Origin: a virus
Lineage: Duplodnaviria; Caudoviricetes
Virus record (IMG/VR): IMGVR_UViG_3300043446_003656
Location: 1-60,775 of that record
DNA: 60,775 nt
Strand: one strand, 5' to 3'
In this document: positions 45,712-56,406 of the stretch, one piece after another
Position numbering within the stretch: the stretch's first letter is position 1
Layout of the letters: the number at the start of each line of letters is the position of its first letter
Notes under the pieces: model-generated
Database searches by the model: none
What the model was told of the DNA's origin: nothing
Seen by the model: the letters and a program-made list of their open reading frames with translations, nothing else
Made by a program: the position numbers and the translations under genes

Positions 45712-46873
45712 TTTCCCAGAAAATTTAGACAATTTTACAAACCCAGATTCAAATAATCCTTTATCAAATCCATCTCACTCAGAACAACATGCAAATGCTA
45801 ACGATGCCATTGAAGCATTACAAGCAAAAGTTGGTATTGATGGTTCAACGGATCCAAATTCGTTAGATTATAGAATTTCACAATTAGAAATATCCCCACT
45901 TGATACAGAACAAATTCAAGATGCAATTGCTGCAGCATTTGCAGCGGGAGATCAAACAGATATAACTGTAAGTTATAACGATGCATTAGATTCATTAACA
46001 CTTTTAGTTAATAATGCACAAACAGCGGGTTATACAAGTGTTGTTCAACACTATGTAAAAAATTCTACAGGTTCAACAATTAATGCAGGAACTCCTGTAT
46101 ATATATCTGGCGCAACTGGCGCAAATATGCTTATATCAAAAGCATCAAATTCAGGAGAATCAACATCAAGCAAAACTTTTGGTTTGCTTGCTCAGGACCT
46201 AGCACAGAACGCAATTGGTTTTGTTGTAACAGAAGGTCTTCTATCTGGACTTGATACTCATATAGCAAATGCTGGAGATCCAGTATGGCTTGGCGCAAAT
46301 GGTCAATTAGTATACGGATTAGCCAATAAGCCAATAGCTCCTGCACACTTAGTATTTATAGGTATTGTAACTAGAGCACATGCTCAAGTTGGTCAAATAT
46401 TTGTTAAAATTCAAAATGGTTTTGAACTTAATGAATTACATGACGTAGACCTTGATTATTCAAATCCTCCAGCAGATGGAGATGTTTTATCTTTTAATTC
46501 AATAACTGGAATGTGGACAAACTCTACTGCAGTTAAAGACATAGAAAATAAACTAGGTTTAGAAGGAAATAATGATTTAGAAGTGACGGGAATTGAAAAT
46601 CCTACAGTCATAGATAGTTTTGATTCTACAGCTTACACAACAGCAAGTTATAGAATACAAATAAAGAAGGATAACTTACAAACATCCTCAAATGTAACAG
46701 CAATTTATATAGATGGAAGCATCTATATGTCTGAGTATGACGTGGTATCAAACACAGACACTGTTTTAGCAAATTTGGAATTTACTAAAACAGGAAGTAT
46801 AATTAATTTATTAGTGACTCCGTTGGTAAGTCCGATTATTGTCAGATATTACCGTACAGCACTTAAAAACTAA
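45701..46873 (+). CDS. Tail protein
   Basis: HSEQHANANDAIEALQAKVG; ELNELHDV fibre motif. Confidence 0.65.
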   Translation: MATDFPENLDNFTNPDSNNPLSNPSHSEQHANANDAIEALQAKVGIDGSTDPNSLDYRISQLEISPLDTEQIQDAIAAAFAAGDQTDITVSYNDALDSLTLLVNNAQTAGYTSVVQHYVKNSTGSTINAGTPVYISGATGANMLISKASNSGESTSSKTFGLLAQDLAQNAIGFVVTEGLLSGLDTHIANAGDPVWLGANGQLVYGLANKPIAPAHLVFIGIVTRAHAQVGQIFVKIQNGFELNELHDVDLDYSNPPADGDVLSFNSITGMWTNSTAVKDIENKLGLEGNNDLEVTGIENPTVIDSFDSTAYTTASYRIQIKKDNLQTSSNVTAIYIDGSIYMSEYDVVSNTDTVLANLEFTKTGSIINLLVTPLVSPIIVRYYRTALKN

Positions 46874-46881
46874 GGAAAATA

Positions 46882-48474
46882 ATGGCAACAGTAAATAAAA
46901 ACTTTGTAGTAAAAAATGGTCTGGTAGTTCAAGGATCTACCGCCACCGTAAATGGTAATAATATTCTTACTGAGAATAATGGCGATACATATATTCTCAA
47001 TTTGGTAGGCGGAGCTACACTAGTTAAATCTGTAGATAACACAGTATTTACAGTAGATAACACTGGCTACCTTACAATTAATTCAGAAGTTTTTGATTCA
47101 TATGGATCAGCAGCTGCAGCATATGATGATGCAGTAGCAGATTCAAATTCATACACAAATAATGCAATTTCAGCAGAAGTTACAAATAGAAACAATGCAA
47201 TTGCTACAGCTTCAAGCAACTTAGAAGATTATGCAGATAACGCAGCTGGTAATGCTGAATCTGCTGCAAACTCTTATACAGATGGCAAAATTTCAACAGA
47301 AGTTACAAACCGTAATAATGCAATTGCAACTGCTAAATCAGAAGCAATTTCATCTTCAAATGGTTATACAGATTCTGCAATTTCAACAGAAGTTACTAAT
47401 CGTAATTCAGCAATTGCTACCGCAAAAGGAGAAGCAATTTCAGATGCATCAGCAGATGCTACTACAAAGGCTAACGCAGCCCAAGCAGCAGCAGAGCTTA
47501 CAGCGTCAAATGCTCTTTCTTCTGCAGTAACAGATCTTGAAGGTCAAATTTCAGATGCAGAAACTAATGCAAATACTTATACAAATAACGCAATTACAGC
47601 ACTTAATCTTGCTGGCACATACGACGCTCTTGGAGCAGCGTCTGCAGCAGAAGCAGCAGCAAATTCATATACAGATGAAAAGGTAGCAGATCTTGTAGAT
47701 TCTGCACCAGCACTTCTTGATACACTTAATGAATTAGCAGCAGCAATTGCTGATAATCCAAACTATGCATCAGATGTTGCCAACCTAGTTGCAACAAAGG
47801 CTGATACTTCATATGTAAATTCAGAAATATCAGATCTTGATTCAGCAGCACAGGGTTATGCTAACGCTGCAAAATCAGCAGCAGAAGCAACCGCATCAGC
47901 AGATGCTACTACAAAGGCTAACGCTGCACAATCAGCAGCAGAAGCAACCGCATCAGCAGATGCTACTACAAAGGCTAACGCAGCCCAAGCAGCAGCACAG
48001 TCTTATGCAGATGGTATTGTAAATACACTTTCATCAAATACTTCTTCAGACATAACAGATGCTATCTCTACAGCTAATTCTTATACAGATTCAGCAATTG
48101 CATCTGGAGATTCAAATGCAACTCCAACATATGCTGGAATTAATCTTGATTGGGTAAGCAAATTAATTGCTGGATATGCAAGCGGATCAGGAACTTTAGT
48201 TCCAGTACAATGGTCTTCAAGTTACGGAACTGCTAAATTTACAGTTCACGTAAGAGACGGAATTCATTCACAAGCATCAGAAGTTTTGGTTGCCCGTGAT
48301 AGCTCAAATAATGTTCATGTAACAGAATATGCAATAGTTACAACAAATGGAATTCTTGCAGATGTTTCAGCAACTTATGATTCTGGCAATATGAAGATAA
48401 CTGTAACTCCAACTAATGGTCATACATCAGTTGAATGTGCAGCTTCAGGTTCAGCAATAATTTGGGCTGACTAG
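46882..48474 (+). CDS. Tail fibre protein with Ala-rich coiled-coil repeats
   Basis: ANSYTD, EVTNRNNAI and ASADATTKANAA repeats; APALLDTLNELAAA. Confidence 0.75.
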   Translation: MATVNKNFVVKNGLVVQGSTATVNGNNILTENNGDTYILNLVGGATLVKSVDNTVFTVDNTGYLTINSEVFDSYGSAAAAYDDAVADSNSYTNNAISAEVTNRNNAIATASSNLEDYADNAAGNAESAANSYTDGKISTEVTNRNNAIATAKSEAISSSNGYTDSAISTEVTNRNSAIATAKGEAISDASADATTKANAAQAAAELTASNALSSAVTDLEGQISDAETNANTYTNNAITALNLAGTYDALGAASAAEAAANSYTDEKVADLVDSAPALLDTLNELAAAIADNPNYASDVANLVATKADTSYVNSEISDLDSAAQGYANAAKSAAEATASADATTKANAAQSAAEATASADATTKANAAQAAAQSYADGIVNTLSSNTSSDITDAISTANSYTDSAIASGDSNATPTYAGINLDWVSKLIAGYASGSGTLVPVQWSSSYGTAKFTVHVRDGIHSQASEVLVARDSSNNVHVTEYAIVTTNGILADVSATYDSGNMKITVTPTNGHTSVECAASGSAIIWAD

Positions 48475-48484
48475 TTTTAAAGGT

Positions 48485-48517
48485 TTGGGGGAACCTTTCA
48501 AAATCCCCCAAAAAAAA
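48485..48517. terminator. Hairpin, probable terminator
   Basis: TTGGGGGA/TCCCCCAA stem. Confidence 0.5.
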
Positions 48518-48543
48518 CAAATTTTAGGGGATAGTGAACTTAA

Positions 48544-48906
48544 ATGACAGTTACAAATAAAGATTTTAAAGTAAAGAACGGATTATCCGTTGCGGGGAAT
48601 GCTACATTTGATTCCCAGGTTATATTAGGCTCTACACCCCTAGCCTTTGATACAAATACAAATAGATTACAATTATTTATTAACGATGCTTGGAAAAGCA
48701 TCGCTACTCTTGATGATGTTGCTAACACATCAAATCAAATTAATTTTATGGATATTGGATTGGCAATTGATTATAATGGTCTTCCAGTTTACATAGTGCA
48801 AGGCAACGGTGTCACCCCGTCTGGTGACTCTAAATTCCTAGATGGGGGTAATCCATCAACAGCAAGTACAGATTTTATATTTGATTCTGGTGTAATAACC
48901 GTTTGA
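48544..48906 (+). CDS. Minor tail protein
   Basis: NKDFKVKNGL N-terminus resembles that of 46882. Confidence 0.6.
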   Translation: MTVTNKDFKVKNGLSVAGNATFDSQVILGSTPLAFDTNTNRLQLFINDAWKSIATLDDVANTSNQINFMDIGLAIDYNGLPVYIVQGNGVTPSGDSKFLDGGNPSTASTDFIFDSGVITV

Positions 48907-48953
48907 GTTAAGCGTAATTTCTGGTATAATTTCAAAAATAAGGGGTAATAAAA

Positions 48954-51900
48954 ATGTCAACAGTAAGAATTCAAGTACGCAGAGGAACAGCAGCAGATTG
49001 GTCTTCCGTAAATCCAATATTAGCAGGCGGAGAGATTGGTTTTGAAACCAATACAGGCAAGCTTAAGGTGGGAGATGGCACAACAGCATGGTCTAGTTTA
49101 GATTATGTTGCTTCAGATGTTCCTGCGGTAAGCGAAATTGCAATGGATGCAATTTATGCTGCATTGACTCCAGGTTCAGGTTTATCAAAATCATATAATG
49201 ATGCAGATGATGAGATCAATATTGAAAATACTGGTGTACTATCATTTAATACACGAACTGGCTCAGTTACCCTTACAGACACAGACGTTAATAATGCCCT
49301 AGGTTACACAGCAGCAGATGCAGCAGATGTAGTATCTTTAGGAAATCAAACATCAAGCGATATTACAGCAGCAGTAGCAACTGCCAATGCTTACACTGAT
49401 GGTGCAATTGCTCAAGAAGTTTCAGATAGAGATACAGCAATACAGGTTGCTGTTGATGCAATTGACACAGATGCTATTGAAGAAGGTTCTTCAAATAAAT
49501 ATTACACTCTTGAAAGAGTACAAGACGCAGTAGGAGCAATGGCTGTAGAGGGATCTGGTGTATCTTTAAACTATGATGATGCAGCAGGAACTTTAACAAT
49601 TTCAGAAAATTTAGTTGCGGGACAAAATTTAGAAAAAACACAAAATAATGATGGTACAGTTACATTTCAAGTTAAAGATAGCCCATCTTTTGGTGGCAAC
49701 ACTGGAGTTGTAAACTTATTAGTAGGTAATGATATTTCAGTAGACGGAGAAATTACAGCAAATGATTTAACAGTCACTGGAAATCTAACGGTTAGTGGAA
49801 CAACTACCACAGTTAATTCAACAAATTTATCAGTTACAGACCCAATGATTTATATGGGAGAAAATAATAATTCAAATGCAGTAGATTTAGGTTTTGTTGC
49901 TTCGTTTAACGATGGAACATACCAACATTCAGGTCTAGTTAGAGATGCATCTGACGGATATTGGAAACTATTTTCTGGTGTTCAATCAGAACCAACATCA
50001 ACAGTTAATTTTTCATCTTATACAAAAGATAATTTAGAAATTGGAAGATTAGTTGCGGATGAAGCAAAAATTGGTGATGTTTTAGCTACAGAATTGCAAC
50101 ACGTTCATGGTGTTACATCTCCTATCCAAACACAAATTAATAACATTAACACAGATATTTCTTCGCTAGAAGATACAAAAGCAAATAAAGATTCAGAAAC
50201 TTTTATTGGAGACGTTGTATTTAATGTTGACACAGTTTCTTTCCCACAAAACTCAATAGACGGATCTGCGTTAGCAACTGGCAGTGTTGCAACTTCTAAG
50301 TTTGAAAATAATTCAGTTACTGAAGATAAGATAGCAGCATCAGCTGTAACTACTTCAAGAATAAACAATCAAGCAGTTACAACTGCTAAAATTGCAGATG
50401 ATGCGGTTACAAATAACGAATTAGCAGATGATGCAGTCTCAACATCAAAAATTGTAGGTTCTGCAGTAACAACAGATAAAATTAATGACGCAGCAGTAAC
50501 AACTGCTAAGATTAATAATGCAGCAATTACAACAGACAAGATTAATGACGCAGCGATAACAACTGGCAAAATTAACGATGCAGCAGTTACAACTGCTAAG
50601 ATTGATGATTCAGCAGTTACATCATCAAAAATTAACGACGGCTCTATCTTAACATCTAAGTTAGATACAGCAGCAGTTACAACTTCAAAGATTGATGCAG
50701 CAGCTGTTACAACTCCAAAAATTGTTGATTCAGCAATCACAACTGCAAAAATAAATGATTTAGCAGTAACAACAGGTAAACTTTCAGATGGTTCTATTAC
50801 AGAAGCAAAACTTGCAAACAATTCTGTAACTAACGATAAGGTAAATGATCTTGCAATATCAAAGGTAACAGGATTGCAAGACGCACTAGACGATAAAGCT
50901 CCTTTAAATGCTCCAACAATTACTGGAACAGCAACATTTACTGGAACCGTTAGTCTTCCATCTTCAACATCTATAGGTACAGTTTCTTCTACAGAAATTG
51001 GATACCTTGATGGAGTAACGTCAGCAGTTCAAACACAAATTGATGCTAAAGCTTCTTCATCAAGTGTAAATTCACATACATCTGCTACTACAAATGTGCA
51101 TGGAATTTCTGATACTTCCGCACTTGCTACAAAAACATATGCAGATTCTGCAGTAAGTACACATGAAGCAGACACTACAAATGTCCATGGCATTGCAGAT
51201 ACATCTGCACTTGCAACAAAAACCTATGCAGATGGTAAGGCATCAGATGCACAATCTGCTGCTGCTTCAGCACTTTCTTCACACGAGGCTGATACAACAT
51301 CAATTCACGGAATTTCTGATACTTCAAAGCTTGTAACAACAGACGATTCTGGAACAGTTACATCTACAATGATTGCTAATGGCACAATTGTAAATGCTGA
51401 TATTAATGCTTCAGCAGCAATTGATTGGACAAAATTAGCAGTATCTTCAACAGTATCTGCTACAGAATTAGGATATGTAGATGGAGTTACATCTGCTATT
51501 CAAACACAGTTAGATTCTAAAGCACCTACTGCTTCACCAACATTTACTGGTACAGTATCGGGTGTTACAAAATCAATGGTAGGCTTGGGCAATGTAGATA
51601 ATACTTCAGATGCAAATAAGCCAGTATCTACTGCAACACAGACTGCTCTTGATGCTAAATTAGCACTTGCAGGCGGAACAATGACTGGTGCACTTACACT
51701 ATCAGGTGCTCCTACAGCAGATTCTCATGCAGCAACAAAAGCATATGTAGATAACGTATCTGCAGGATTAAACTTCCATCAGCCAGTACGTGTTGCTACA
51801 ACAGGAAATATTACACTAAGCGGAACTCAAACAATTGATGGAGTTTCTTTATCAGTTGGAGATCGTGTACTTGTAAAAGATCAAACTACACAAACTCAAA

Positions 51901-52973
51901 ATGGTATTTACGTAGTTGCTTCAGGATCATGGACAAGAGCAACAGATGCAGATAATACTCCTTCAGGAGAACTTGCAGGTGGAGACTTCTGCTTAGTTCT
52001 TGAAGGTACTGTAAACTCTGGTTATGGATATGTTTGTTCTAACACATCAACAATTACAATTGGAACAACAAACATTACTTATTCAGCATTTAATGCTGCG
52101 AAGGCAGTATCTGCTGGAACTGGTTTGACAGAATCAACTCCAGGAACACTAGGAATTGATACTGCTACAACAGTAGATGTTTCAACATCACAAACACTAT
52201 CAAACAAGACATTTGTAGCCCCAGTTTTGGGAGCAGCAACAGCTACATCAATTAATAGCACAACAATTCCTACATCTAAAACATTAGTAGTAACAACAGA
52301 TAAATTATCTGTCCACGCTGCTACAACATCTGCAGAACTCGCAGGTGTAATTTCAGATGAAACTGGTACAGGAGCTCTTGTATTTGCTAACTCTCCAACA
52401 CTGGTAACTCCAGTGCTTGGAACACCAGCATCTGGCACAATGACAAATGTAACAGGACTTCCATTAACAACAGGTGTAACTGGAACTCTTCCAGTAGCAA
52501 ATGGTGGTACAGGAGTTACAACTTCAACAGGTAGCGGAAATGTTGTTCTTTCAACATCACCAACACTTGTAACACCAACATTAGGTGCAGCATCTGCAAC
52601 AAGCATTGCGTTCTCAGACGGAACTCAAACTCTTGCAGGAACACCTTCATTAACACCAATTAATACACAAACTGCTTCAATAACTCTTAGCTCATCATTT
52701 GCTAAAGATTCATTCGTTCAAATGAACGTTGCATCAGCAAATACTGTAACAATCCCACCAGATTCAACATATAGCTATGGAATTGGTGCATCAATTGACT
52801 TCCAGCAACTTGGAGCGGGACAAACAAGCTTCGTAGCTGGCGCAGGAGTTACACTCCAAGCAGCATCAATTAATGGTACTGCAGCATTAAAATTCAGAGG
52901 ACAATACTCAGTAGCAACTGCCCTTAAGGTAGCAGCTAATACATGGGCACTCTTCGGAGACTTATCAATCTAA
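48954..52973 (+). CDS. Long tail fibre (Mtd-like N-terminus; 10-residue AVTTAKIND repeats)
   Basis: IQVRRGTAADW..NPILAGGEIGFETNTGKLKVGDG; tandem VTTxKIxD; GLGNVDNTSD; GDRVLVKDQ. Confidence 0.8.
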   Translation: MSTVRIQVRRGTAADWSSVNPILAGGEIGFETNTGKLKVGDGTTAWSSLDYVASDVPAVSEIAMDAIYAALTPGSGLSKSYNDADDEINIENTGVLSFNTRTGSVTLTDTDVNNALGYTAADAADVVSLGNQTSSDITAAVATANAYTDGAIAQEVSDRDTAIQVAVDAIDTDAIEEGSSNKYYTLERVQDAVGAMAVEGSGVSLNYDDAAGTLTISENLVAGQNLEKTQNNDGTVTFQVKDSPSFGGNTGVVNLLVGNDISVDGEITANDLTVTGNLTVSGTTTTVNSTNLSVTDPMIYMGENNNSNAVDLGFVASFNDGTYQHSGLVRDASDGYWKLFSGVQSEPTSTVNFSSYTKDNLEIGRLVADEAKIGDVLATELQHVHGVTSPIQTQINNINTDISSLEDTKANKDSETFIGDVVFNVDTVSFPQNSIDGSALATGSVATSKFENNSVTEDKIAASAVTTSRINNQAVTTAKIADDAVTNNELADDAVSTSKIVGSAVTTDKINDAAVTTAKINNAAITTDKINDAAITTGKINDAAVTTAKIDDSAVTSSKINDGSILTSKLDTAAVTTSKIDAAAVTTPKIVDSAITTAKINDLAVTTGKLSDGSITEAKLANNSVTNDKVNDLAISKVTGLQDALDDKAPLNAPTITGTATFTGTVSLPSSTSIGTVSSTEIGYLDGVTSAVQTQIDAKASSSSVNSHTSATTNVHGISDTSALATKTYADSAVSTHEADTTNVHGIADTSALATKTYADGKASDAQSAAASALSSHEADTTSIHGISDTSKLVTTDDSGTVTSTMIANGTIVNADINASAAIDWTKLAVSSTVSATELGYVDGVTSAIQTQLDSKAPTASPTFTGTVSGVTKSMVGLGNVDNTSDANKPVSTATQTALDAKLALAGGTMTGALTLSGAPTADSHAATKAYVDNVSAGLNFHQPVRVATTGNITLSGTQTIDGVSLSVGDRVLVKDQTTQTQNGIYVVASGSWTRATDADNTPSGELAGGDFCLVLEGTVNSGYGYVCSNTSTITIGTTNITYSAFNAAKAVSAGTGLTESTPGTLGIDTATTVDVSTSQTLSNKTFVAPVLGAATATSINSTTIPTSKTLVVTTDKLSVHAATTSAELAGVISDETGTGALVFANSPTLVTPVLGTPASGTMTNVTGLPLTTGVTGTLPVANGGTGVTTSTGSGNVVLSTSPTLVTPTLGAASATSIAFSDGTQTLAGTPSLTPINTQTASITLSSSFAKDSFVQMNVASANTVTIPPDSTYSYGIGASIDFQQLGAGQTSFVAGAGVTLQAASINGTAALKFRGQYSVATALKVAANTWALFGDLSI

Positions 52974-52993
52974 TAAAAAAGGGGTAAAAATAA

Positions 52994-54478
52994 ATGGCAA
53001 AACTACAAGGTAGATTCGCTGAGGGAGCAGATTCAAGAATCCCACCATTAGCAGTAACAGGATTAACAGTTACAGATGTAGGAACAAGCAGACCATTTTT
53101 GGCAACTGCAAATACTACTTCTGCTGCATCAGCAGCAAATACGGGGGGAGCTTTTACTGTATCGTGGACAGTTCCTTCTAATTCTACCGCAGCCACACAA
53201 TACTCAATTACAACTAGCCCCAGTACATATACTGCTGTAGTTTCAGCTCCTGCAACCTCATATACTTTTCAAGGACTTGCATCTAACGTTTCATATTCTG
53301 TTACAGTAACTCCACAAAACAATTTTGGAAACAGTTTATCAACAACCTCAAGTTCTGTTTTATCTACAACAGTGCCAGATGTACCAACAGGTGCATCAGC
53401 AACAGCTCAAGTTAACCAAGATACAATTACATTTACTGCTCCATCAAATAATGGTGGTAAAGCATTAACTAATTTTTATGTTTTAGGTAGTGATGGAACT
53501 TCAGGAAATACAAATAGTGGTTCTACTTATACTGTAACAATTGGAGATACAGCAAATACTTCTCAATATTATAATGTTTATGCAGACAATGCAAACGGAA
53601 GATCTCTAGCCTCTGTTGCTACCGCTACGGTTACAACACTTGCTCCAAGCTTCTTTAGCCCACCGTTTTTCCCACCGTTCTTCCCACCAACATTCTTTGC
53701 CCCACCATTCTTCCCACCGTTCTTCCCACCATTCTTCCCACCATTCTTCCCACCAGGGTTCTTCTCCCCACCGTTCTTCCCACCGTTCTTCCCACCATTC
53801 TTCCCACCATTCTTCCCACCAGGGTTCTTCTCCCCACCGTTCTTCCCACCAACATTCTTTGCCCCACCATTCTTCCCACCAACATTCTTTGCCCCACCAT
53901 TCTTCCCACCAGGGTTCTTCTCCCCACCATTCTTCCCGCCAGGGTTCTTTGCCCCACCATTCTTCCCACCAAGATTTTGCATTGATCAAGATACAGTTAT
54001 TGCAATAGTTTCAGAATCTGGAGGATTAGATTGGATTGCTGCAAAAGATATTGAAATAGGAGCAAAAATTTGGTCAGTCACATGGGACGGGCTTGAATCT
54101 GAATATACCTTTGATCCTTATTCATGGAATTCTGAAAAAATAGATAATTTACATATGGTAACATCTGAAATTTCAAACATACTCAAGCATACAAAAGATG
54201 TTACAATGTTAATAAATAATGATCCAGACATGAGATTCTCCCTAGAACAAACTGTTTTAATAAAAAGAGAACAAACATATTTATTTGGAGCAACTGGACA
54301 AATAGAAATAGGAGATATCGTTATTGAACAACAAGTAGATGGATCTTTCAAAGAGATTCAGGTTACAGAAATAAATATAATAGATGAGCAGAGAGAAGTC
54401 TTTGAATTCGATGCTGCCCCTCACGACATATTAATTGCTGGAAATTTGATTGTTCACAACAAGAAAATCTTTGCTTAG
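52994..54478 (+). CDS. FN3-like domains, (PPFF)n repeat and C-terminal Hint (intein-like) domain
   Basis: FTVSWTVP..YTFQGL..YSVTV (FN3); 23 FF/PP units; CIDQDT..IEIG..IEIGD..LIAGNLIVHN. Confidence 0.85.
   Translation: MAKLQGRFAEGADSRIPPLAVTGLTVTDVGTSRPFLATANTTSAASAANTGGAFTVSWTVPSNSTAATQYSITTSPSTYTAVVSAPATSYTFQGLASNVSYSVTVTPQNNFGNSLSTTSSSVLSTTVPDVPTGASATAQVNQDTITFTAPSNNGGKALTNFYVLGSDGTSGNTNSGSTYTVTIGDTANTSQYYNVYADNANGRSLASVATATVTTLAPSFFSPPFFPPFFPPTFFAPPFFPPFFPPFFPPFFPPGFFSPPFFPPFFPPFFPPFFPPGFFSPPFFPPTFFAPPFFPPTFFAPPFFPPGFFSPPFFPPGFFAPPFFPPRFCIDQDTVIAIVSESGGLDWIAAKDIEIGAKIWSVTWDGLESEYTFDPYSWNSEKIDNLHMVTSEISNILKHTKDVTMLINNDPDMRFSLEQTVLIKREQTYLFGATGQIEIGDIVIEQQVDGSFKEIQVTEINIIDEQREVFEFDAAPHDILIAGNLIVHNKKIFA
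53651..53971 (+). repeat. Coding tandem repeat (TTCTTCCCACCR)n
   Basis: 12-nt unit with 18-nt variants encoding xFFxPP. Confidence 0.95.
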
Positions 54479-55185
54479 TGTCTATTTATCATTTACATAT
54501 CCCTAGAACTTCTGGGATATATGTTAAGAATAATGTGTTACCCCATCTAATAACAGGTGGGGTTCCACATTTTGTATCTAACAGGACACATATAGATATT
54601 GATAAAATTTCTAATAGTAAATTTGTGGGCGGTCATTTTGGATTGATGCCGTTGGATTACATGGATAACCCAGAAATTTTTACTGTATTAAGAAACCCTG
54701 TTGATAGGTTTATTAGTTATTTTAAATATACCACTGGACGGATAAGAATGGGTCAAGAAGCAGAAGAAAAAAAATATCAATGGTTGTATGGAGAAGAATC
54801 TAAAATACAATCTAATTCACAATCAAAATTTTTAACTGGTAGAATTAACATAGATAAATTTAACAATGGAATACACTATTTACAAGAAAATGTAAAAAAC
54901 CATTGGTTTTTGGAAGATTATTCATTAAATTTAAATGATGTTTTGACGAACGTAGATAAATTTTACTCCTATAGTCTTGATAATCAAAACATATTTTTGG
55001 AAGATTTAAATAAAGCTTTATATAAAAATTTTGGATTCAATACTTTTAAATATAAAGATAAAGCTAATTGTTCTCCAGAAATAGGGGTTGTATTTTCTAA
55101 AAAAGATATAGATAGAATAATAGAATTAAACGAGCTAGATATGCAGGTATACGAATATGTACAAAAGAGTAAAAAAAGATACTAA
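54478..55185 (+). CDS. Sulfotransferase-family protein
   Basis: HLHIPRTSG (5'-PSB-like), GHF, LRNPVDRFISYF (3'-PB-like). Confidence 0.8.
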   Translation: MSIYHLHIPRTSGIYVKNNVLPHLITGGVPHFVSNRTHIDIDKISNSKFVGGHFGLMPLDYMDNPEIFTVLRNPVDRFISYFKYTTGRIRMGQEAEEKKYQWLYGEESKIQSNSQSKFLTGRINIDKFNNGIHYLQENVKNHWFLEDYSLNLNDVLTNVDKFYSYSLDNQNIFLEDLNKALYKNFGFNTFKYKDKANCSPEIGVVFSKKDIDRIIELNELDMQVYEYVQKSKKRY

Positions 55186-55747
55186 GTGGACCATACAACA
55201 CCTAGGTAATTTTAACATTCTTAATTTAAAAAAAGAGTTGCAGTCTTATAATGAGGAATGGTTTATTGATACTTCAAGGCAGGAAAAGGGTTATACACAT
55301 AGACAGACGCAGATGTATAGAATATGTGCTACTGATTATGAATGGATTCCAGGGACTCCAATTATAACTGAAAATTTTAATACAATTAAAAATGAATCTG
55401 CAAGAAAAGAATTATTTGACATTTATAAAGAATTAGAATATTATTATTCTGGAAAAGTAATAAGATGTGAATTTATAAAAATGTTTGGAAACTCTGAGAT
55501 TCTAAAACATACTGATGGTGGAGCATTGCTTCATTATTCTAGAAGAGTTCATATCCCATTAGTAACTAATAATTTAGTTACGTTTACAGTTTATAATAAT
55601 ACTATAAACATGGAAGAGTCTGGTTGGTATGAAATCAATAACCAATTACCCCACTCTGTTAGCAATAAAAGCGATCAAGACAGAATACATTTAATTATTG
55701 ATATATTGCCAGATGATATGCTTACTTATAAAATAGGAGAAAATTAA
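55157..55747 (+). CDS. Aspartyl/asparaginyl beta-hydroxylase-like 2OG oxygenase
   Basis: HTDGG..RRVHIPLVTN..EINN..HSVSN..DRIHLIID. Confidence 0.85.
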   Translation: MYKRVKKDTKWTIQHLGNFNILNLKKELQSYNEEWFIDTSRQEKGYTHRQTQMYRICATDYEWIPGTPIITENFNTIKNESARKELFDIYKELEYYYSGKVIRCEFIKMFGNSEILKHTDGGALLHYSRRVHIPLVTNNLVTFTVYNNTINMEESGWYEINNQLPHSVSNKSDQDRIHLIIDILPDDMLTYKIGEN

Positions 55748-56406
55748 TGAAAAACTGGGATTCAGAAAGTATGCTTTTCCCAGGCGTATGGGTATACAAA
55801 AATGTTTTTAAAAAAGAATTGGATATCGTAAATAGAGTTGAAAATTTGATTGCTAACAATAAATCAAATTTCTCTTGGGTTGAAGCAACAGTAGGGTATC
55901 ATGAAAAAAAACCAGAGTACAGAGATTGTGTAGATTTTAAAATTGGAGAAATAAAAAATCCAGTTACAGAAGATCAAATAAAATTTAATGAAATTTGGAA
56001 AGATTCATATGAAGCACAAAGATATGCAGTCCAGGATTATTGCAATAGATATAACATAATTATGGATTATTGGGAAGTAATGAATTTTATTAAATATGGT
56101 CCAGGGCAACATTTCCAAGAGCACGGAGATGATGGGTTTTCATATAGTGCCACTGTCTCGTTAGTAGCATACCCAAATTCTGATTATGTTGGTGGTGGTT
56201 TATATTTTCCAAAATTAAATTTAAAAATACAGCCAGAAGCGGGAGATCTATATATATTCCCTTCTACATATTTATTTTCGCACCAAGCTTTGCCTGTAGA
56301 AAATGGTACTAAATATTCAATTGTTACAATGTTAGACTATAACGATCATTCACATTGTGAAGAGTTTTATAAAATGAGACAATCAAAAATTAATAAAAAT
56401 GTATAA
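55747..56406 (+). CDS. 2OG-Fe(II) oxygenase (P4H-like)
   Basis: KYGPGQHFQEHGD..Y.GG.L.F..FPS..H..GTKY. Confidence 0.9.
   Translation: MKNWDSESMLFPGVWVYKNVFKKELDIVNRVENLIANNKSNFSWVEATVGYHEKKPEYRDCVDFKIGEIKNPVTEDQIKFNEIWKDSYEAQRYAVQDYCNRYNIIMDYWEVMNFIKYGPGQHFQEHGDDGFSYSATVSLVAYPNSDYVGGGLYFPKLNLKIQPEAGDLYIFPSTYLFSHQALPVENGTKYSIVTMLDYNDHSHCEEFYKMRQSKINKNV

Noticed and set aside
48954-49100. Diversity-generating retroelement suggested by the Mtd-like N-terminus
   Set aside because: This domain is a generic fibre anchor; no reverse transcriptase or TR/VR pair was seen.
50105-52606. Long antisense ORFs within the tail fibre gene
   Set aside because: By-products of Ala/Thr/Val repeat codon bias.
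53651-53971. Possible CRISPR array
   Set aside because: Contiguous coding tandem repeat with no unique spacers.
53578-54008. Alternative-frame ORFs (GGKN, WWEE, HHSS and MVGR repeats)
   Set aside because: Shadow frames of the stop-free 12-nt repeat; only the PPFF frame is continuous with the FN3 and Hint domains.
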